The translations under genes and the position numbers were made by a program. From contig JAYUUO010000195.1 of the NCBI GenBank assembly GCA_043754515.1, positions 1 to 10,365 on the forward strand: a DNA stretch of 10,365 bases, given 5' to 3'. The notes under the pieces were generated by a model. It searched no databases. It was not told the origin of the DNA and was given only the letters and a program-made list of their open reading frames with translations. The DNA is from Armatimonadota bacterium. GTDB lineage: Bacteria > Armatimonadota > Armatimonadia > Armatimonadales > Armatimonadaceae. Below, one piece after another: positions 6,424 through 10,365 of this stretch. Each line of letters begins with the position of its first letter. The stretch's first letter is position 1.

Positions 6424-8310
6424 ATGCGCCCCCGAACCGACCGAGGCAACTGTTCCGTTGCCCCCATTTTAGTTATCGCCGCGCTTGCGTTCGCGGCTCC
6501 CGGCTTCGCGCAGGGTCCGCCGACGCCGGTGTCGCCGCCCGCGTCAACGGCCCCCGCGCCCGCCGTCGTCACGGTCCCGCGCATCGTAATCGGTCGCTCC
6601 CCCCTTGTCTTCGTGGACAGGGAACGACAGCCGTTCCGCGACGCCGTGGATAACTGCGTCTGCGTGCCCCCCGAAGCGGTCGCCGCCGCGCTCGGCACCA
6701 CCTTCCGCGTTGACGAAAGGGCGCATAAAGTCTACTTCCTCAATAACGAGACCGGAGCGGCCGCTGAGGCAACTATTCGTCGCGCACCGGACGACAGCGA
6801 TCTCAAAGGCGTGTTCATCGGGCTGACTCCGCTTGCGGAGGCACTCGGCGGCAAATGTGAATTGGATAGCAATACGGACACCCTCTATATCCGGTCGGTG
6901 TTGACCTCGGTAGAAATGCTCGGCTCGCAACTACGCGTTCACGGCACCCTGCCCCTGTACCCGAAGATCACGCGCGTCGGCGGCGGCAAGACAGTGACAT
7001 TCGACTTCATCGGCGCGGAGATCGGCACCGTGTCGCGCAATCTGACCACCCTCGGTCCCCAGGTGGTCAAGGCGCGGACCGGGCAACTCGACGACAACAC
7101 CGCCCGCGTGGTGCTCGAACTGACGGAAGTGAAGCCGTTCTCCTGGTTACCATCCCCCACCCCGTCAACGCTCGCGGTATTATCGTCGGCGGACAACGCG
7201 GCACCCCCTTCCGCCACCGCGACGCCTCCCGTTGTCGTCTCCGTGGGTCCCGACGGCAGAAAAATTGCTAAAGCGGGTCAGAAAATTGTTGCTCTCGGCA
7301 AGCCCGCCGTGCCCACGCTTCTCAGAGGTGTACGGTTCGTTCGCGTTTCGGATACACAGGCGCGTATCATCATTGACGCCGCGTCCGCGCCCGCCATCCG
7401 CACCATGATCACCGGCAGGCGGTTCACGCTAGACGTCCAGAACGCAGTTTTCGGGCCGGGCGCGCAGACCACGCTCCCGGACGCGAAGCACCCACTGCTC
7501 GCCGGAGTGCAGAGTGTGAACACGTCGGCGACTACCGCCCAACTGCTGGTGGATCTGTCTCGCGCGGTCAACTACACCGTGCGCCTCGACCCTTTAAACG
7601 GCTTGATCATAGACCTGACTCTGCCAAAAGGCGCGGGCGGGCGTATCGCGGGGAAACTGATCGTGGTGGACGCCGGGCACGGCGGGAATGACCACGGCGC
7701 GCCGGGCGTGAACGGCGAGAAGGAAAAGAACGTCGCGCTGAACATCGCGCGGCGTGTCGCGGACGAACTGCGCGACAAGGGCGCGAACATCATCATGACG
7801 CGCGACTCCGACAGTTTCGTGACGCTCGCGGAACGCTCCGATATATCGAACCGTGCCGGTGCCGACATGTTCATCGCGATTCATGCCGACTCGGCGGGCG
7901 CGGCGGCGGACGGTTCCACGATCTACTACCACCTCAATGATCCGTCCGAACGTACCCTAGCCCAATGTGTCGCCGGCCACGTCGCCGAAATGGGTGGCAT
8001 ACGCAGTCGCGGGCCACGTTCCGACGGCAACGAGTACACGAACGGGTTTTCGGTGCTACGCCGCACGCGAGCACTCGCGATCCTGTGCGAGACCGGCTTC
8101 ATGAGCAACAGCCACGACGCCGCGCTCCTCGTCCGGCCCGAGATACAGTCGCGCATCGCTCGGGCGATCGCCTCCGGCGTGCAGGAGTATATAGAGGGCA
8201 ACCCACAACTGCCGCTTACCACCTCACTCACGCCTATCCCCCCCGCAGCGATCCTGCCGATATCCGGCGGCGGTCCCTCCCCGGACGCCATCGAGCAACC
8301 GAAGAAGTAG
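6424..8310 (+). CDS. N-acetylmuramoyl-L-alanine amidase (Amidase_3) with N-terminal copper-amine-oxidase-N-like and AMIN-like domains (AmiC-like)
   Basis: Preferred start is ATG 6424 after AAAGGA (the track's 6355 start adds a non-signal extension). Signal peptide (…ILVIAALAFAAPGFA), AMIN-like segments (RTGQLDDNTARVVLEL; TAQLLVDL) and intact Zn/catalytic motifs IVVDAGHGG…EKEK, FIAIHAD and LCETGFMSN. Confidence 0.93.
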   Translation: MRPRTDRGNCSVAPILVIAALAFAAPGFAQGPPTPVSPPASTAPAPAVVTVPRIVIGRSPLVFVDRERQPFRDAVDNCVCVPPEAVAAALGTTFRVDERAHKVYFLNNETGAAAEATIRRAPDDSDLKGVFIGLTPLAEALGGKCELDSNTDTLYIRSVLTSVEMLGSQLRVHGTLPLYPKITRVGGGKTVTFDFIGAEIGTVSRNLTTLGPQVVKARTGQLDDNTARVVLELTEVKPFSWLPSPTPSTLAVLSSADNAAPPSATATPPVVVSVGPDGRKIAKAGQKIVALGKPAVPTLLRGVRFVRVSDTQARIIIDAASAPAIRTMITGRRFTLDVQNAVFGPGAQTTLPDAKHPLLAGVQSVNTSATTAQLLVDLSRAVNYTVRLDPLNGLIIDLTLPKGAGGRIAGKLIVVDAGHGGNDHGAPGVNGEKEKNVALNIARRVADELRDKGANIIMTRDSDSFVTLAERSDISNRAGADMFIAIHADSAGAAADGSTIYYHLNDPSERTLAQCVAGHVAEMGGIRSRGPRSDGNEYTNGFSVLRRTRALAILCETGFMSNSHDAALLVRPEIQSRIARAIASGVQEYIEGNPQLPLTTSLTPIPPAAILPISGGGPSPDAIEQPKK

Positions 8311-8329
8311 ATCAGGTGTCACCTTATAT

Positions 8330-9007
8330 ATGAAACGAATTTCGGTAATCTCGCCGCTCGCCGCCGCCGCGCTACTCGCCATCGCGGTTGCCGTCGCCGG
8401 GTGCAACACGCCAATCCAACCATCCACCCCGGTTCAAGCGGCGGACACCGCGCCCGCCGCCGTGCCGTCGGTCGCGCCGCAGACCGATATTCCAATTGAT
8501 AAACCGGCACCCGGTAGGAAAGTGATCGTGTACTCCGTATCCGAGGACAAGAACGGTGACCGGAAACTAGAGCCGAGGAGCGTGTCCCTCCCGGCGGGAG
8601 ACGCGCAAACCCCGGCGACATACGCGCTCAAAATGCTCGCGGACGGCTCGAAATCACCGCTCCCGAAGGGTACGACACTTAAATCGGTGAAGATCGGCGC
8701 GGGGGGGGTGGCGACGACCGACTTCAGCAAAGAGTTCAAAACGAACTTCGTGGGGGGCGACTCCGCTGAGGCACTCGCTATCAACTCGGTACTGGCCACT
8801 ATGGGGCAGTTCCAGTCCGTCAAGTCGGTACAGTTTCTCGTGGAGGGTGCGAAAATAGATTCGCTCGGCGGCAACCAGAGCCTCGACGAGCCGCTCCCGG
8901 TCCCGCAGGCGTCCCCGGCCGCGCCCCCGGCTTCCCCCGCCAGCGTCCCATCGCCGCGAAGTAGCGGGGCACCGGAAAGTAGCCCGACGCCGGGGGGCGG
9001 CGGGTGA
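8330..9007 (+). CDS. GerMN (sporulation/spore germination) domain lipoprotein
   Basis: Lipobox VAG|C. GerMN motifs LPKGTTLKSV, VATTDFSKEF, GGDSAEALAINSVLATMGQF and VKSVQFLVEG. Typical position next to an amidase and murI. Confidence 0.9.
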   Translation: MKRISVISPLAAAALLAIAVAVAGCNTPIQPSTPVQAADTAPAAVPSVAPQTDIPIDKPAPGRKVIVYSVSEDKNGDRKLEPRSVSLPAGDAQTPATYALKMLADGSKSPLPKGTTLKSVKIGAGGVATTDFSKEFKTNFVGGDSAEALAINSVLATMGQFQSVKSVQFLVEGAKIDSLGGNQSLDEPLPVPQASPAAPPASPASVPSPRSSGAPESSPTPGGGG

Positions 9008-9008
9008 C

Positions 9009-9815
9009 ATGCCCGCCCCCATCGGCGCGTTCGACTCCGGCCTCGGCGGGCTGACTGTTATACGCGCTCTGCGGGATCGCCTCCCCGGCGAGAAAATCGT
9101 CTATGTGGGAGACACCGCGCATGTCCCATATGGAGGACGCCCGGCGCGGGAGATACAGGACTTCTCCGTCGCCATCACGCGTTACCTGGTAGAAGTCCAC
9201 GGCGTCAAGGCGGTCGTGGTTCCGTGCAACACCGCGACATCGGCGGCGGTGCCTCTCCTTCGTGAACTATTCCCGCACATCCCGATCATCGGCACCGAGC
9301 CGGGCATAAAACCGGCGGCGCGGGCGACGAAGAGCGGCGTCGTGGGGGTTCTGGCAACGGTCGGCACACTCGCCGGGGAGCGGATGGCGCGTCTCGTTTC
9401 GACGTTCGCGGAAGGCGTCACCGTGCTGAAGCAACCCTGCCCACGCTGGGTAGAACTGGTCGAGGCGGGAAAGTTCGACACCGAGGAAACCACGGACGCC
9501 GTGCGCGAATGTGTCGAGCCGCTCCTGACGCGCGGCGCGGACGTTCTGGTGCTCGGTTGCACCCACTTCCCCGCGCTTGCGCCAGTCATCCGCGCGGTGG
9601 CGGGCGACGGGATCACGATCATTGACACCACGGACGCGGTCGTCCGGCGTGCAACGGAGGTCGTGCGACTTACCGAGCCTGAGTCAACGGGCGGGCTGAC
9701 TCTGTATGTGACGGGCGACGATTCGGGACTTTTCGCGGCGGGCGCGCGGCATCTGCTGGGAGAGTGCGTCCTCCCGTCGGTACACGCCCTGCACCTAGCC
9801 GAAGTCACGGGTTGA
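9009..9815 (+). CDS. murI: Glutamate racemase
   Basis: IGAFDSGLGGLTV, DTAHVPYG, CNTAT and LVLGCTHFP with both catalytic cysteines. Starts 1 nt after the GerMN stop. Confidence 0.97.
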   Translation: MPAPIGAFDSGLGGLTVIRALRDRLPGEKIVYVGDTAHVPYGGRPAREIQDFSVAITRYLVEVHGVKAVVVPCNTATSAAVPLLRELFPHIPIIGTEPGIKPAARATKSGVVGVLATVGTLAGERMARLVSTFAEGVTVLKQPCPRWVELVEAGKFDTEETTDAVRECVEPLLTRGADVLVLGCTHFPALAPVIRAVAGDGITIIDTTDAVVRRATEVVRLTEPESTGGLTLYVTGDDSGLFAAGARHLLGECVLPSVHALHLAEVTG

Positions 9816-9850
9816 GTGACCTTCGCCCATGCCAACACCCGCCGCGCCCG

Positions 9851-10365
9851 CTACGGTGCCACGCGCTTGACATGCCCGTCTAAATACCCCTTCGCGATCA
9901 AGCGCCCCCGGTACGAATTGACATCCTTGATCCAGACCACTTCCGAAGGCGACGGATACATGGACTGAAGGGTCCCTCCCAGCGTCGCATTCAGCACGAA
10001 GGGATTACCCCCTGTCGGTGGATCGAAATAGGTGGGATCCTTGTCGAAGACATAAGGAAGGATGGCGGTTCGCAGGGTCGGAATGTCCTTCATCGGTGGC
10101 AGACGATTGTCATAGTCCTGGGAGTACTCCAGCATCGCGACACTGAGTTCTTTCAATCGGCTTACCGACACCTCGGCAGGCGGTCGTGGCAGAACCGGTC
10201 CTGGGAGAGTTGAGGTACCGCGAGGCCCTGTTTGCACTGCGTGACCATCCAGATAAGTGACCGACGAATTTCCGGATCGGTGGGTCAGCACATCGTACGC
10301 GACGGCTGTGGTAGACAACTCTTCCGCTGAATATTCAACTAAGGTGTGCCCTCGGAAGCTACTGG
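9851..10365 (-). CDS. Partial (5' end outside window) protein with tandem DUF1559 / H-X9-DG-like domains
   Basis: The frame stays open to the window edge (…SSFRGHTLVEYSAEELSTTAVAYD…). It contains SRLKELSVAMLEYSQDYDNRLPP (DUF1559-like) and two YLDGH motifs (HRSGNSSVTYLDGHA; YRGRLIAKGYLDGHVK). Confidence 0.8.
   Translation of the reverse strand, partial: SSFRGHTLVEYSAEELSTTAVAYDVLTHRSGNSSVTYLDGHAVQTGPRGTSTLPGPVLPRPPAEVSVSRLKELSVAMLEYSQDYDNRLPPMKDIPTLRTAILPYVFDKDPTYFDPPTGGNPFVLNATLGGTLQSMYPSPSEVVWIKDVNSYRGRLIAKGYLDGHVKRVAP

Noticed and set aside
8701..8708. G8 tract in GerMN (and C8 at 291-298 in the porin) as phase-variation sites
   Set aside because: Both tracts are short, leave the reading frame intact and encode Gly or Pro runs expected in GC-rich genes.
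35..9838. Numerous overlapping or antisense ORFs in the track (e.g. 35-409, 1011-1535, 2962-3666, 8434-8874, 9182-9838)
   Set aside because: They are shadows of well-supported + strand genes in GC-rich DNA, with no recognisable motifs or start signals.
1..10365. CRISPR array, tRNA/rRNA or riboswitch
   Set aside because: No regularly spaced repeats or recognisable structural RNA signatures were seen. Intergenic gaps are short.

Overview
GC-rich bacterial DNA from a diderm organism. The gene mix (OprO/P-like porin, AMIN-domain amidase, GerMN lipoprotein, DUF1559/H-X9-DG-like protein, possible PEP-CTERM tail) suggests Armatimonadota, which is an inference. The left flank holds the 3' end of an upstream gene, a strong intrinsic terminator and an outer-membrane porin gene (177-1412). 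The right flank holds a conserved cell-wall operon: N-acetylmuramoyl-L-alanine amidase (6424-8310), GerMN lipoprotein (8330-9007) and murI (9009-9815). It is followed by a convergent, truncated gene with tandem DUF1559/H-X9-DG-like units. Between the flanks is a ~4.7 kb, compositionally mosaic, co-oriented accessory cassette. It starts with a low-GC, leaderless, frameshifted YrpD/YncM-like gene (1583-2414), followed by three exported TolB/WD40-like beta-propeller proteins; the last two are clearly diverged paralogues. This layout resembles an orphan effector plus poly-immunity (or enzyme plus inhibitor) array and is the best candidate for an undescribed system. All family assignments come from motif recognition by eye, not from searches.
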